A DNA stretch of 53,866 nt from a virus (taxonomy: Duplodnaviria; Caudoviricetes): positions 1 to 53,866 of the IMG/VR virus record IMGVR_UViG_3300024908_000010. One strand, given 5' to 3'. The translations under genes and the position numbers were made by a program. A model generated the notes under the pieces. The model was not told where the DNA came from. It was given only the letters and a program-made list of their open reading frames with translations, and ran no database searches. This document shows positions 10,901 through 18,341 of this stretch, in pieces. How positions within the stretch are numbered: the first letter of the stretch is position 1; each line of letters begins with the position of its first letter.

Positions 10901-11752
10901 AGATAAAACAGATGGGTTTGCAGTTAAAAACTCTGTTAGTTGAATGCCTGTACCATTTTTTACAATGTTTTGTAGCTCAATAGACTTCTGGCGCAACTCT
11001 GGCGACTGCTTATCTGTCTGGTACTTAATGGCATCATCGAAGCCTTCACCCATCGACATAATCATGTCACCCACTACTGGGATGTAATTCGTGCCTAACC
11101 CTAAAATATCTGTTGCCATCTTCCCTGTTGTCGGGGCGATCTTAGCTACTGCCCTTACGGTATCAAGTGCGTAATCAACGACCTCTCTCTGTGGCAAGCC
11201 GTTTGCTATGGTCGCAATGTCGTTTCCGTCCTCGCCTTGCTCAACCATGTTTTTAGCTGTGTTAAAGTCAGCATTTGAGTTCTTCATGACTTTGTTAATT
11301 TTCGCTTCTTTGCGATTATCACCAATGCCATCTTCTTTAATTTCTTGATATTGTTTATCTACCTCTGATGCGACATTGCCTAGCCAATCTTTGCGATTGG
11401 AAAGTTCTGCTCTTTTTTGTGGTGTTGCATTTTCGTAGGAAGACTTAACTTTATTGAAAGTTTGGTCCGTGACTGGTGCGCCTTTGCGCTCAATGGCACG
11501 GCGATCATCAATAACCTTTCCATCCATGCCATCAACAACTGACTTGTATTTGCTATTTGGTGTAATAGCTTTAACAATATCGTCTTTTACTTGAGATAGG
11601 AATGATTGAGGCTTAGGCGATTCCGGCTGTGGCGCTTGTGCAAAATCCGCATCTATCTGATCCGCGATTGAAGGCATTGCTTGCGATATTTCTGCCTCGC
11701 TCATGCCGCCTGGGAATGTGATTGATTTACCGCGATATACTACGTTAGCCAT
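1910..11752 (-). CDS. Giant polyvalent / DNA-ejection protein (ParB-like, LPD5, LPD1, zincin metallopeptidase, GNAT-like, LPD38-like regions)
   Basis: 3280 aa; motifs VLDGHHQW, IDDFGEKLEGAKKD, FRGVQFGN..HEWFHAMDNYF..EELAARAFE, HEAIGH, GSRIY, C-terminal LPYGY..NEDSFGRPI; last gene of the virion block. Confidence 0.85.
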   Translation of the reverse strand: MANVVYRGKSITFPGGMSEAEISQAMPSIADQIDADFAQAPQPESPKPQSFLSQVKDDIVKAITPNSKYKSVVDGMDGKVIDDRRAIERKGAPVTDQTFNKVKSSYENATPQKRAELSNRKDWLGNVASEVDKQYQEIKEDGIGDNRKEAKINKVMKNSNADFNTAKNMVEQGEDGNDIATIANGLPQREVVDYALDTVRAVAKIAPTTGKMATDILGLGTNYIPVVGDMIMSMGEGFDDAIKYQTDKQSPELRQKSIELQNIVKNGTGIQLTEFLTANPSVLSDVAIPSLGFMLASGGVGAGVTKLASEKAAANLTAKYAGRNAESIKTLAARYGREKGTQAAIAMNVGVNAGGAFSEAEGDARTKYTAAAIAGITTLLGNKITKGGAEGVIARGNSGVSSSVNRLANAAKTAGKESLQEYVEGGGQGLGVQTGEYAFGNREEIDFGQINRQGLLEAAAAGVPGAVVGALQGAGSFKQVTSNVRVDGNTQGDIDAETLQVEFDAKQAEADTALANITNPDASIDDAIALAEKAIDIPVPQTGLLNSISDDALLAEVQSATEAIPASDILGDENVSDTTNATTELANETITGSSDNIQGSLGDLPNQLAGRSDTGPIDNSTEASAQGSGSDQLNGNGIQGNDAIAILNGEDAVSRPFAQATDDFLPKMRSMTTDAKVISQIDEELKLRGITNVDSVNTTAERVDEKVKGVHVGEKINKEWTAFSPESGTLNIPRSEMPQVKAEHRGAMVNFLNARGVDHTQETVPASSLKPTQQEFSEAKVKKASKYAGGDRSILVSSDNHVLDGHHQWLSKLNKGGDVDVIRLNAPIAQLLDDVKEFPSSTVESGATTSKVQKPKSPKQYKPKTLLATLRDIGGIKLSEKQDVTGEVKGFAPGGYNQVFKQASNRSLKGLIESGDLVDYLPYNMRLESNGANDDAFDSTEAYDYLSEKIRNGESVLPYAVVEEAQANQYYQDAGATAESDVQEAAELLTEDEINEQLRQATNEERETATEARVINTERENGDTGSGERSTTTTQTNASQQAEVTDSKTDLLGDNTTAKQAVADAERAKDAKRNSGNDNQDTFTLTGSNSEADQAAAAGAQDLFSAPIKQQSNTEASTGEDVAENTANQSSNGQANDEVAKAAEALTAAGVKGKEKLDTIKDVREGKVTADEVADAYGAPNEAAEEDVADQAPVGRIDDFGEKLEGAKKDLWKNYQKAMGDELPADAKDITLSKHFPEPDYDNLIASGMDIKAIAAIKAMRDEIPSKPKMPSKVRRWVSELTALREFSNGLINGSKSIDDVLGILSASNVNNKFADRINLYGEIGYPAFKSAKGYKITGGWTSFDKGVAEAGKKTALEFPNGKREYFNDRQSAVDALRIKLEVAPEGTERKTKLDVYRVTATGDLVIGKKVASNKYIDLKGGFKSPKEAFQYYADNEAELLQLLEQRKNVRPERRSTNNPRVGIDYRLGQDVTPEKFAAEFGFRGVQFGNYVEQSRRPRDLNNAYDALLDLANIIGVPPRAISLNGTLGLAFGARGKGGKNPAAAHFERGEVVINLTKVNGFGSLGHEWFHAMDNYFSKARGDNEYLTQKPQQKRTYKAGQGFELDESIRPEVLSAFKNLMDAIRKSDYYTRSSKIDNTRTNDYWSTAEELAARAFEAYLIAKSKDAGRSNDYLANIEDEDVYEIANQAAKDFGAFEDPYPYPTRAEQAEINPLFDALFGELKTKETDSGNVVMFSRSNATPYRGMDKEKAQSIIDELQKSHKGIPKVKLVDHHSKLPIPSSIIEEINGSEQLLIERLELVTQLPSEQNIQAALSVRINDVEGLYSNGEIWINTNAINSEERLREVFAHEAIGHMSVESMLNEVDKTLFPKLLTQVKTLNKAGNKYIRGIWDDVKQSQPDIDDTAMAGEVLAFIAERGDQDVEMSPVVRSIWQRLIDGIKAFAKLVFNVEMTDVDVRDIVSMASRYAKGEDVVSLISSNNMYYSRNNRVPSKAEGDTFLTAALEFTARNEDFFENAPSDAKDIADIASDMNTQFRVEPFGKSQTKLDGADTAWEVFLPNAKYRSAVIYEKGNEVWINVSRLRSGADIGSRIYSLAAAYAYNNDKVFIGDPLGLTAKAFYRRAENMLSSALKYGTTKHIAPHVAQTDPDLYYSFDEKTKEFGESVRKINWKTGDDAHNIKELIYTVYHGAITNLPELKNVIFDPTTQDFTTINGEQFTNDDFERVLSDYYARTDGDSGSRIVDGSSQDATVNATETSNPYRAGIRTAKRAAFYNTFLREKSRERRSEILGTYVRELQNRGLADSLRGTFYSRSTPQTETPQFKAWFGNNGDFNPTNPDIRFSRTSSQGNLNNEIPAETTAQKIQRIGQDKFNRFKVLQDFLVEKGLELDEAADVYLAETLMSGRISTRKEDFREGQVEPLIKRTQAADLSMEQIGDFLKAQHAPEANKRARQLQNREDATAFGVSDAEAQDAMDAFKELPNFVELKSIANDWRKITEQTKKIKIDSGLLTPELVAAWESAYEMYVPVKGGDDAGTTTGTGQGLNVRVRNKQRLGHGLRDEAIIENILRDHESAITLDEKNRVGKALIRFALAAKNDDIITIDKPVKRQVLKQGETAYVVANKGIDTATFATRKEAELYIQSQVAFGQTKSNFSVDQTKDPVRVMLQASPQLADNEVTVYVGGHAIRLQINDEIAAREYKNMGVEHLNAIFSAGREVNNWLSKAYTGYSPDFIFTNPIRDSIQGAITLTGNLGGVTTAKIFANYPTAVKELVKHFKNKGSSALVNEYRAQGGSTGGAYLSDLERIGNDIQSSYNEYQGALATYKSVYEKNIANGKSAKAAHTMASLKAGSAGFKKIPIIGHFLKLMESINAITENALRVATYKTLTENGISKGRSAAQAKNLMNFNRKGEQSNAAGALYLFFNPAVQGTKLIQEALMESPYKRQAQALAGGMTAMAFTMAMMALNGDDEDKDKWNKTPDYIKDGNIVFDMFGTQFTLTLPYGYRVFWSLGNVMADATQDGANYGKLGNRVASSLFANFSPVGNPMEGENGLFQLLPTLPKMALAPGVNEDSFGRPITPKKWNPATPDSQLMNRGTQGSLYDGVSEKLNSFTGGSNFKSGVVDVSPETLKFWVKSLTGGAGQFAFDSANIVKQGAQGVSPQNLKDIPIARKFARETGVTDSRSAFWERKNEADMAADQLALAKKAHDTAAIADFINENGMLIKMSKMSDRMLKMANGKRDAIGAIKLNENLTLSEKIKMINELEDEEKKIYDKYINIFDKQSN

Positions 11753-11775
11753 GCTGATTATCCAGAAACAATAAA

Positions 11776-11799
11776 GGGTTGGATAATTCTATCCAACCC
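11776..11799 (-). terminator. Hairpin / intrinsic terminator overlapping a late-promoter motif
   Basis: GGGTTGGATA-gaat-TATCCAACCC followed by TTTATTGTTT on the minus strand. Confidence 0.6.
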
Positions 11800-11809
11800 C
11801 ACTTGTGTT
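11786..11809 (-). promoter_or_regulatory. Putative late promoter motif, copy upstream of the giant protein
   Basis: AACACAAGTGGG-gttgga-TAGAAT. Confidence 0.6.
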
Positions 11810-11821
11810 ACCAGAAAAGCA

Positions 11822-12706
11822 CTATCGGTTATACGTGTAGTTACCGCTCTTATCTTTGCTTAGAGCGCCATTTGATTTCTCTGGCACCTTGCCTTTCTTT
11901 GTTTCTCTAATTTCATTGCCATCTTTATCATAATATGTTTTTGCGATAGTTATAACTTCATTATCGTCCTTACCCCATGAAGCCTTTTCTCGGCTGTAAT
12001 CATCACGGCCTTTGCCTTTGTTTTCTGGCTTTCTTTTCCAGTCTGCAAAAGATTGATCGTCATCACTTTGTTTTTGCGGAGCACGTCCTGCTGCACTTAC
12101 CTTAGCTTTTTGGCTAACCAATATGTTGGCCGCTTTTTCTGCATCGCCATCAGCCATGCGCCATGCTAATTCAAGCTCACTTTTTGGCACATCAACTTTT
12201 TGGCCACCTTCCAGCACTATTTTTGCTGTGCCATTAGATTTATCAAACGCCATGACAGAACCATCTTCAAGCTTAATGCTTTCAAAGTCTTTGCCTTTTG
12301 GTACCATCTTTGCAAATGTTTCAGCAGATTTAAAGTCACCGCCTTTCATGGCACGCTCGAAGCCATCTTGCATGGTTGCCTTGCGTGTAGTTTTAACTTC
12401 ATCACCGCCAGATTTAACCATCTGCTCTTGGCCTTTTTCATCCGTGTATTTATTAATGACTGATTCAGGAGTTTTAGTCGTTTCCTCAACGTCAGCCATA
12501 TATGCTTTATTGCGCTCAATTTCGGCGGCGGCGCGTTTATCCTCCATCGCATAGCCAGCTTCTTTTAATCGAAGCTCTTTATCCATCTGTGCATCAAGCA
12601 ACGCCGTCTTTAAATCAAACTCTTGCTTCTGAGCCAGATCACGGCCTCGCCCCTCTGAATATCCTTTAGCCGCGCCTGCTGCCATAAAACCTAATAAGCC
12701 AGACAT
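11822..12706 (-). CDS. Putative internal virion / ejection protein
   Basis: Gly/Ala-rich N-terminus, charged helical body, no Cys, adjacent to the giant protein. Confidence 0.6.
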   Translation of the reverse strand: MSGLLGFMAAGAAKGYSEGRGRDLAQKQEFDLKTALLDAQMDKELRLKEAGYAMEDKRAAAEIERNKAYMADVEETTKTPESVINKYTDEKGQEQMVKSGGDEVKTTRKATMQDGFERAMKGGDFKSAETFAKMVPKGKDFESIKLEDGSVMAFDKSNGTAKIVLEGGQKVDVPKSELELAWRMADGDAEKAANILVSQKAKVSAAGRAPQKQSDDDQSFADWKRKPENKGKGRDDYSREKASWGKDDNEVITIAKTYYDKDGNEIRETKKGKVPEKSNGALSKDKSGNYTYNR

Positions 12707-13167
12707 TATTCTGCTCCCTGATACTGTGATAAAGCTTGTTCCGATATTTGCCCAAACTGTTGTGGATCAACACCAAAACCGCGCATTAAAGAATCGATCA
12801 TTGTTTGCATTGCTTGCGCAATAATCTCTGGTGCCATTTCTTCCTCTGTCACCGTTTCTAAAAACTCTGCAGCCTGTGCAAGTAGATATGTTCCAGCAGG
12901 TACAATCACTTCGCCTGGCATTGTCTGGTTGCTTTTTTGGTAAAGCATCGCCATTAAGCTCGCAATTTGCGAACCAAGCATTTCGCCAATATCACCTTCA
13001 CTTTTATTTAGCATTTGAATAATATCTTCGTGCGTTTCCTCTGAGAATATCACCTTCATCCCAGCCTTAACTACACGCGCAAAAGCTTCTTGAAACTCTT
13101 TAGGTACACTTGCGGCCATATCCTCGGCAATTGCCGCTGGCTTTGCGTTAAATTGTTTCTGGTCCAT
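12706..13167 (-). CDS. Phage hypothetical protein (ejection cluster)
   Basis: 153 aa, translationally coupled to both neighbours. Confidence 0.6.
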   Translation of the reverse strand: MDQKQFNAKPAAIAEDMAASVPKEFQEAFARVVKAGMKVIFSEETHEDIIQMLNKSEGDIGEMLGSQIASLMAMLYQKSNQTMPGEVIVPAGTYLLAQAAEFLETVTEEEMAPEIIAQAMQTMIDSLMRGFGVDPQQFGQISEQALSQYQGAE

Positions 13168-14168
13168 TACGCACCTCCCATTTGTGAAAGCATGCCTGCA
13201 CCAGATTTAGCTTGCTGAATTTGATTGTATTCTTCTGGTGTAACGTATTTCACTTCACCTTCAATCGACACGGCTATTTTCCCTGGTGTATTAGTGCCAG
13301 GCTGTCTGTTATAAACGTTCTGATCTTGGTTAACAGTCGCGGCACTATTGGGTTGGAATTGTAAGTTTTTTTGGCGCTGAGCAATCAGGTCCATCTGTTG
13401 CTGTTGTGCCGCAGTTTGTGTGTTTGTTTGGTCAACTCTTGCATCTGTAAGTGGCTGCAACTGCTCAAGCTCTTGACCCTTCATGTAGCCATCTGACAAG
13501 CCACCTAATGCACTGAGTGCGCCTTGGCTATTGTTAAGCGTACCCAATAAGCCACTTCCAACATCTTTTACGCCATCGACCGCACGACCAATGAATGATT
13601 CTGGCACACCATTCACATGAGTTAATTGCTCTGTACCACTTGACCTTAACGCACCGCCAATGCCAGAGGTGTCAGCCGCGTTAGTTGTAACGCCAGCCGT
13701 ATCTTTAATGCCTGCGGCAATCGTGCTATCGCCAATACCAAGCCCCGACTTAATGTTACTAAAAACACTTTTAACTGCATCGCCTGATACTGTATTAAAG
13801 AAGTTAGATGTGCCATCTGCTGCGCTTGAAAACGGATTGACAAAACCACCTTCTAAGCCAGTAAAAGCACCAACGCCAAAACCTGCAAGCCCAGCAACCG
13901 CACCAATTGTGGATAATGCTTTATTGCCGGTAATTGCACCAAGACCACTTGCGATACCGCCTGCAATCATAATTCCACCAAGCAGTGTACTTGTTGCTGC
14001 CATACCTGCTGATATAGAGCCAACAGCGGCCGCAACACCAAGTGCTGGACCATTTTTTTCACCATATGGCGCACCCCTATGTGGACTTGCATATGGCATT
14101 TCAACCGACAATCGGCGAGTATGAGTAATAGTTTTGTACTCAATATTTGGTATTTGAATGGCGATCAT
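13167..14168 (-). CDS. Putative DNA transfer (ejection) protein with Gly/Ala-rich hydrophobic helices
   Basis: Long GA-rich hydrophobic segments and Q-rich C-terminus, typical of podophage pilot proteins. Confidence 0.65.
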   Translation of the reverse strand: MIAIQIPNIEYKTITHTRRLSVEMPYASPHRGAPYGEKNGPALGVAAAVGSISAGMAATSTLLGGIMIAGGIASGLGAITGNKALSTIGAVAGLAGFGVGAFTGLEGGFVNPFSSAADGTSNFFNTVSGDAVKSVFSNIKSGLGIGDSTIAAGIKDTAGVTTNAADTSGIGGALRSSGTEQLTHVNGVPESFIGRAVDGVKDVGSGLLGTLNNSQGALSALGGLSDGYMKGQELEQLQPLTDARVDQTNTQTAAQQQQMDLIAQRQKNLQFQPNSAATVNQDQNVYNRQPGTNTPGKIAVSIEGEVKYVTPEEYNQIQQAKSGAGMLSQMGGA

Positions 14169-14526
14169 TTTTCGTGTCCTTGTCTAGCCAAAAATATTCA
14201 TGTTGCTGATCTTCGTGTGTTTTTTTAAAGCCAAACAACTCAATAAGTTTTTTGTATTTATCGTTCTTGTAGAGCTTTGTTACCAAGAACTCATGCTTAT
14301 CTAACAATGCATTGACTACTTCATGCATCATTTGCTTACGTCCAATCACTTTGCGAAATCTTTTGTTAAGCGCAAAATGTATTTCGTTGTTTTGCATCAT
14401 CGTTTCACCAATCTGCACGCCTTGATAAATGATTGGCTCAACATTCCATTTTAATAACGCAAGCTTCACCTGCTCAACCGTTAAGTGTTCTTCATTGATT
14501 AAATAATTCTGTATTTCTTTCATCAT
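14140..14526 (-). CDS. Putative GNAT-fold virion-associated protein
   Basis: EIHF..LVTK..KLIELFGFK pattern; position before the ejection genes as in T7 gp13-like genes. Confidence 0.55.
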   Translation of the reverse strand: MMKEIQNYLINEEHLTVEQVKLALLKWNVEPIIYQGVQIGETMMQNNEIHFALNKRFRKVIGRKQMMHEVVNALLDKHEFLVTKLYKNDKYKKLIELFGFKKTHEDQQHEYFWLDKDTKNDRHSNTKY

Positions 14527-15368
14527 GCTGTTGGGAATGTAAGCAGGCCATCGAGGTTTAAACCGCCAATTTTCCCTAGTATGTTTAATCCTGTTTTTAA
14601 TAATTCATTTTGATTTGTCACTGCCGCTGTCTTAGCCTCTGGCGTTAGGTCTGGGTTTTGTAAAATGTCGCTAATATTTCTCACTGACTGCTGGTAAAGT
14701 GAACCTGCAGAAGCCTCAGACTGCAGTATGGTTTTATAACTCGCCTCAATGTCTGCTAATTGAAGCTTGTTGCTTTGGTCCATGAACTGCTTAATCACTA
14801 CGTTCTGCTCATTTGCATTAAAAATGTTTGTTTTGTTTTGCTCTGAGGCGTTGAACTGATTTGTTTGATTCTGATTTTGCGCATTGAACTTGTTAATGTC
14901 TTGCTCATTGCTAGCATTAAACTGGTTATTTTGCTGTGTCTGGCTCGCATTAAAAGTATTAGATTGTTGCTGGTTTGCCTGATTAGTATTAAGCACGCTA
15001 CTATTTACACCAGCGTCATATTGAGCGATTGGAACCGCTCTATCCATTACCGCAGCCTGCCCAGCCTGAACCGCCATTGAGCTATTTAACATGCCCCTGC
15101 TATTAGCGGCCTGTTTTGCTTTTGCTGCGGCTTGTTGCATCAATGGCGAATCCTCACCGATTACCTTGTTAACTTGAGTGCTTAACAGTTCATTGTTGTT
15201 CACATCTCTAGTAATTGCAGATGTTAAGCCTGATGGTGCGCTTGCTGCGTTTGCCACTGTTGATGCTGGCGCTGTTTGTGTTGTTGCAAGCTGAGGCGTA
15301 GCGCTCATATTGTTGTAGTTATTAATCCCATCTGTCGGGGTCCATGACTGATTAGTTGTTGTCGCCAT
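14523..15368 (-). CDS. Virion protein with N/Q-rich NxFNA repeats
   Basis: NSRGMLNSSMA motif and five 11-residue-period NxFNA repeats. Confidence 0.6.
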   Translation of the reverse strand: MATTTNQSWTPTDGINNYNNMSATPQLATTQTAPASTVANAASAPSGLTSAITRDVNNNELLSTQVNKVIGEDSPLMQQAAAKAKQAANSRGMLNSSMAVQAGQAAVMDRAVPIAQYDAGVNSSVLNTNQANQQQSNTFNASQTQQNNQFNASNEQDINKFNAQNQNQTNQFNASEQNKTNIFNANEQNVVIKQFMDQSNKLQLADIEASYKTILQSEASAGSLYQQSVRNISDILQNPDLTPEAKTAAVTNQNELLKTGLNILGKIGGLNLDGLLTFPTA

Positions 15369-15370
15369 TT

Positions 15371-15964
15371 CTATTCCTTTTCACACCCTACTTGTTCGCA
15401 TGCAGCATTCGCCCATCCGCGCAATCTGTTGTAATCATTTGTTGTTAACTTGCACGCACCTTCTAGCGCAGAATAACCTGCGTAGCACTCTCGTTCACGT
15501 TCGGTAAATCTGCTGGTATCGCTTGTAGCTTCTGGCAATCCAGAACTAACACGCTCGGCTTCGAGGCGCATGCGCTCAGTAAAGTTAAACTTAGTGCTAT
15601 CAATACGATTTTCATAGTAGGCCCTTAGGTTTTTTGTTTCACGTTCGCGGTCTAGGTTAAATTTGGCGATCACTGCGCCGTGTTGTTTTTCACTTTCTTG
15701 CAGAGCCTTTTTAGCCACGGCTAACTTGGTTGCGTTTTCAGCACTACGCTTCATGGTTTCTAGTGCTATGTCGTCTTTAAACTGCTTATGCAGTTGCACT
15801 TGCTTGGATAAGTCAAGCTCAGCCTTATCAGCACGAGCCACCTGTGCGCTGTATTGTGAGTAGCAATACCAAAGCACCAGTAACGGCAAAATAATTCGCC
15901 AATACTTCATTACAAAGCCAGCAACATGCGATGCTAAAAGTTTGATTAATGTCCACGCAATCAT
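15371..15964 (-). CDS. Putative Rz-like inner-membrane spanin
   Basis: N-terminal TM helix then coiled coil, directly downstream of the endolysin. Confidence 0.6.
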   Translation of the reverse strand: MIAWTLIKLLASHVAGFVMKYWRIILPLLVLWYCYSQYSAQVARADKAELDLSKQVQLHKQFKDDIALETMKRSAENATKLAVAKKALQESEKQHGAVIAKFNLDRERETKNLRAYYENRIDSTKFNFTERMRLEAERVSSGLPEATSDTSRFTERERECYAGYSALEGACKLTTNDYNRLRGWANAACEQVGCEKE

Positions 15965-16515
15965 AAAAGGTTGGCCTTAATCGGCTTCATGCCGCCTCTA
16001 ACCCAAGCTGAAACGTCGAAATTTGGGCAGTCTTTTACCCACTCATTACGTGTAATTTGACCGTCACCATTAAGGTCTGGTGAATAATCTCGGTGGCCTT
16101 TGATTGAAATTCCCATATCTTTGTAAGCATTTAACGCACCTTCAACAGTTGCGTGCGGCTTGCCTTGGATAATTGATGATAGATTAATCAAGCAGGTACG
16201 AAGCGTTTCCCACTGCTCTGGTGTGTATTTATCAGTGCCGATTAAACAAATGCCAATCGAACCTGTATTACGGCCTTGTACGTGTGCGCCCAACTCTTCC
16301 AGCCCACGACCAGTTTCAATCTGTCCATCTACCGTAATCACGTAGTGATAGCCGATGCTTCCAAATTCTGGATTAAAGTTTCGCTTTGCTTGGCTATTAC
16401 GCTTAAATCCAATCTTTGGATTGGCATGCATCACGTCAATATCTTTTGCGCGAATATCCTTGCCATTAGGCGTGGCTGAGCAGTGAATAACAATGTCTTT
16501 AACTAAACGCTTCAT
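15961..16515 (-). CDS. Endolysin, N-acetylmuramoyl-L-alanine amidase (Amidase_2, T7-lysozyme-like)
   Basis: IVIHCSAT, IGYHYVI, GAHV, SIGICLIG, GHRD, KDCPNFDV; start placed at the ATG after the AGAAAGG RBS. Confidence 0.92.
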   Translation of the reverse strand: MKRLVKDIVIHCSATPNGKDIRAKDIDVMHANPKIGFKRNSQAKRNFNPEFGSIGYHYVITVDGQIETGRGLEELGAHVQGRNTGSIGICLIGTDKYTPEQWETLRTCLINLSSIIQGKPHATVEGALNAYKDMGISIKGHRDYSPDLNGDGQITRNEWVKDCPNFDVSAWVRGGMKPIKANLL

Positions 16516-16828
16516 TGTCAGCCTTTCTTCTTGATTTATGATTTGTTTTATCAATTAGAAAGTGGTGTATAAGCGGATATTCAATGCTTAAATATTTTAT
16601 TAGCCTAAAGTACGTTTCTGGCCACATAAATAATGCGATGGTGCACCCAAATAAAATGCTAGAACTATCATGTGTTACAAAAATAAGATACGGTCCACTC
16701 ATCGCAGCACCAACATATTTTGCAATCATGCAGTATCTGTTTTCTCCATTTGTAACTGATGCCAAATAAATCGAATCGGCAAGTATATAAAGTCCAATTA
16801 ACACGGACAGGATTAGTTGGAATTTCAT
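16499..16828 (-). CDS. Membrane protein of the lysis cassette (holin/antiholin candidate)
   Basis: About 3 hydrophobic segments, basic C-terminus, directly upstream of the endolysin. Confidence 0.55.
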   Translation of the reverse strand: MKFQLILSVLIGLYILADSIYLASVTNGENRYCMIAKYVGAAMSGPYLIFVTHDSSSILFGCTIALFMWPETYFRLIKYLSIEYPLIHHFLIDKTNHKSRRKADNEAFS

Positions 16829-17193
16829 TTTTTTACCTCAAGTAAATTGTATTTAGATGTAAATATCTGAATTAACCAATCCCTAAATGGCTTATCAATT
16901 ACTGCAAATCCCAACATAAAAGCAACTGGGCGCTGTGGCACGTTATTAATATCTAGCCATGCATGAAATATCCACACAATCCCATGGACCATGACGCATG
17001 CAATAAATGTTGAAAGAATGATTAACCATATTGATTTGCTAACTCTTAATGCACTGTTTCGATAGACAGCCCAATAAGCACCACCAAATGCAGTAATAAT
17101 CACTCCAATTGGCAAATCGAAAAGAGCGCTTAATGCTGCTGTTAATGTTGCAACTATCCATGGGCTGGTTGCGTGCGTTACTGGATCTGGCAT
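16825..17193 (-). CDS. Putative holin
   Basis: Three to four TM segments; first gene of the lysis cassette. Confidence 0.65.
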   Translation of the reverse strand: MPDPVTHATSPWIVATLTAALSALFDLPIGVIITAFGGAYWAVYRNSALRVSKSIWLIILSTFIACVMVHGIVWIFHAWLDINNVPQRPVAFMLGFAVIDKPFRDWLIQIFTSKYNLLEVKK

Positions 17194-17223
17194 TTTTTTC
17201 TACCTTACTGTTTTTATGTGCCA

Positions 17224-17247
17224 ATGTTAGCAACGTCCACCTGTGTC
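17224..17247 (-). promoter_or_regulatory. Putative late promoter motif, copy upstream of the lysis cassette
   Basis: GACACAGGTGGA-cgttgc-TAACAT. Confidence 0.65.
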
Positions 17248-17268
17248 ATAACTCAGATGTATGGGCGT

Positions 17269-17295
17269 AAAAAAACCGCAATTAAGCGGCTTTTT
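17269..17295. terminator. Intrinsic terminator (bidirectional type)
   Basis: A7-CCGC-aattaa-GCGG-C-T5. Confidence 0.75.
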
Positions 17296-17306
17296 AATGT
17301 TTCGGT

Positions 17307-17750
17307 TTATTTAATTTTTGTTTTCTCAAAATTCAGCGATAACAAATGCTGAGGTGTAATACGATGGTGATACTTACTATCAAACGGCCTTTGACCACCT
17401 GCTGCTAGAATGCTGGCCACCAACTCAGCACACGACCATTTATCATCTTCCTGCCAGTTTCGCTTTAGCCCGATACCAATCACACCGAGCCAATCGTATT
17501 GCTTACCAAGCTGGCCAATCGCAAACGCCTCTGATACATCCAGCTCTTTCACTGGGATATGCATCATCACGGCCTTAGATGACTTTGCTAACCTATCGTT
17601 AACCTTACCAAGTACAACGCCCTCCCCTGCAATTGCACCGATAAGCAAATTTTCATCAAGCACCAAGTCAACATGGCTATACTCTGACCAGGTAATAAAC
17701 CTGATCAACCATGAGCCAAGATGCCGCCTACGGCTGAATAAGAGCTTCAT
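17307..17750 (-). CDS. Permuted papain-like (YaeF/YiiX, permuted NlpC/P60) hydrolase
   Basis: N-terminal YSHV (His), GKQYDW, C-terminal WSCAELVA (Cys), ITPQ. Confidence 0.85.
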   Translation of the reverse strand: MKLLFSRRRHLGSWLIRFITWSEYSHVDLVLDENLLIGAIAGEGVVLGKVNDRLAKSSKAVMMHIPVKELDVSEAFAIGQLGKQYDWLGVIGIGLKRNWQEDDKWSCAELVASILAAGGQRPFDSKYHHRITPQHLLSLNFEKTKIK

Positions 17751-18339
17751 CTACATACTCCTGTGGGAATCCATCAAGTACGTCATAGGCTTCAAGTTGT
17801 CCAATGGTCATGGTTTGGATGGCTGCACGCTTGGCTTCTGCTACACCAAAAATCACTTGTTCACGCATAACCTGTGCCGCAAATAGCTCACCAGCCAGTG
17901 CTTGTGTCATAGTCACAAAAGAACCGTCTAGCGTTTTCCATTTCAGATTTGCAGGGATGTTTGCGCCCATGATGACCAATGCAATTTGTTGTTGCTTTGA
18001 ATCGGTGTCTGAGTGAAACCACTTATCCTGAACCAAGCAGCCGCCATTAGTTTTAACGTAATCACGATGGCTTTTAATCTGTGTCCACAAACGCTCACGG
18101 ATAGCGGTTAAGTCCATTGGTGTATTGATATATGTCACTGTTGCGCCGTTGTACTCTTCGGTCACATTGTAGAAATTACGGTTAGCAGGTTGATTAGTTG
18201 CTACTACCAACTCAAGGCCAAATGATTGCAATATCTCAGGAGATTTATCACCTAATGCGGTAAATGGATAAGAGTTGCCATCAATCGTAAAGTCCATGCC
18301 ATCGTTAATATATTGATTGCTTGCTTGTCTGTAATACAT
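17728..18339 (-). CDS. DUF4376-like tail fibre-associated protein
   Basis: IKSHRD..GG..WFHSD..WKTLDGSFV pattern, downstream of the fibre genes. Confidence 0.75.
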   Translation of the reverse strand: MYYRQASNQYINDGMDFTIDGNSYPFTALGDKSPEILQSFGLELVVATNQPANRNFYNVTEEYNGATVTYINTPMDLTAIRERLWTQIKSHRDYVKTNGGCLVQDKWFHSDTDSKQQQIALVIMGANIPANLKWKTLDGSFVTMTQALAGELFAAQVMREQVIFGVAEAKRAAIQTMTIGQLEAYDVLDGFPQEYVDEALIQP

Positions 18340-18341
18340 GG

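Noticed and set aside
1910-11752. Giant protein as an N4-like virion RNA polymerase (similar size, N4-type capsid, no Cys)
   Set aside because: No T7-like RNAP motifs recognised; the motifs match polyvalent-protein domains
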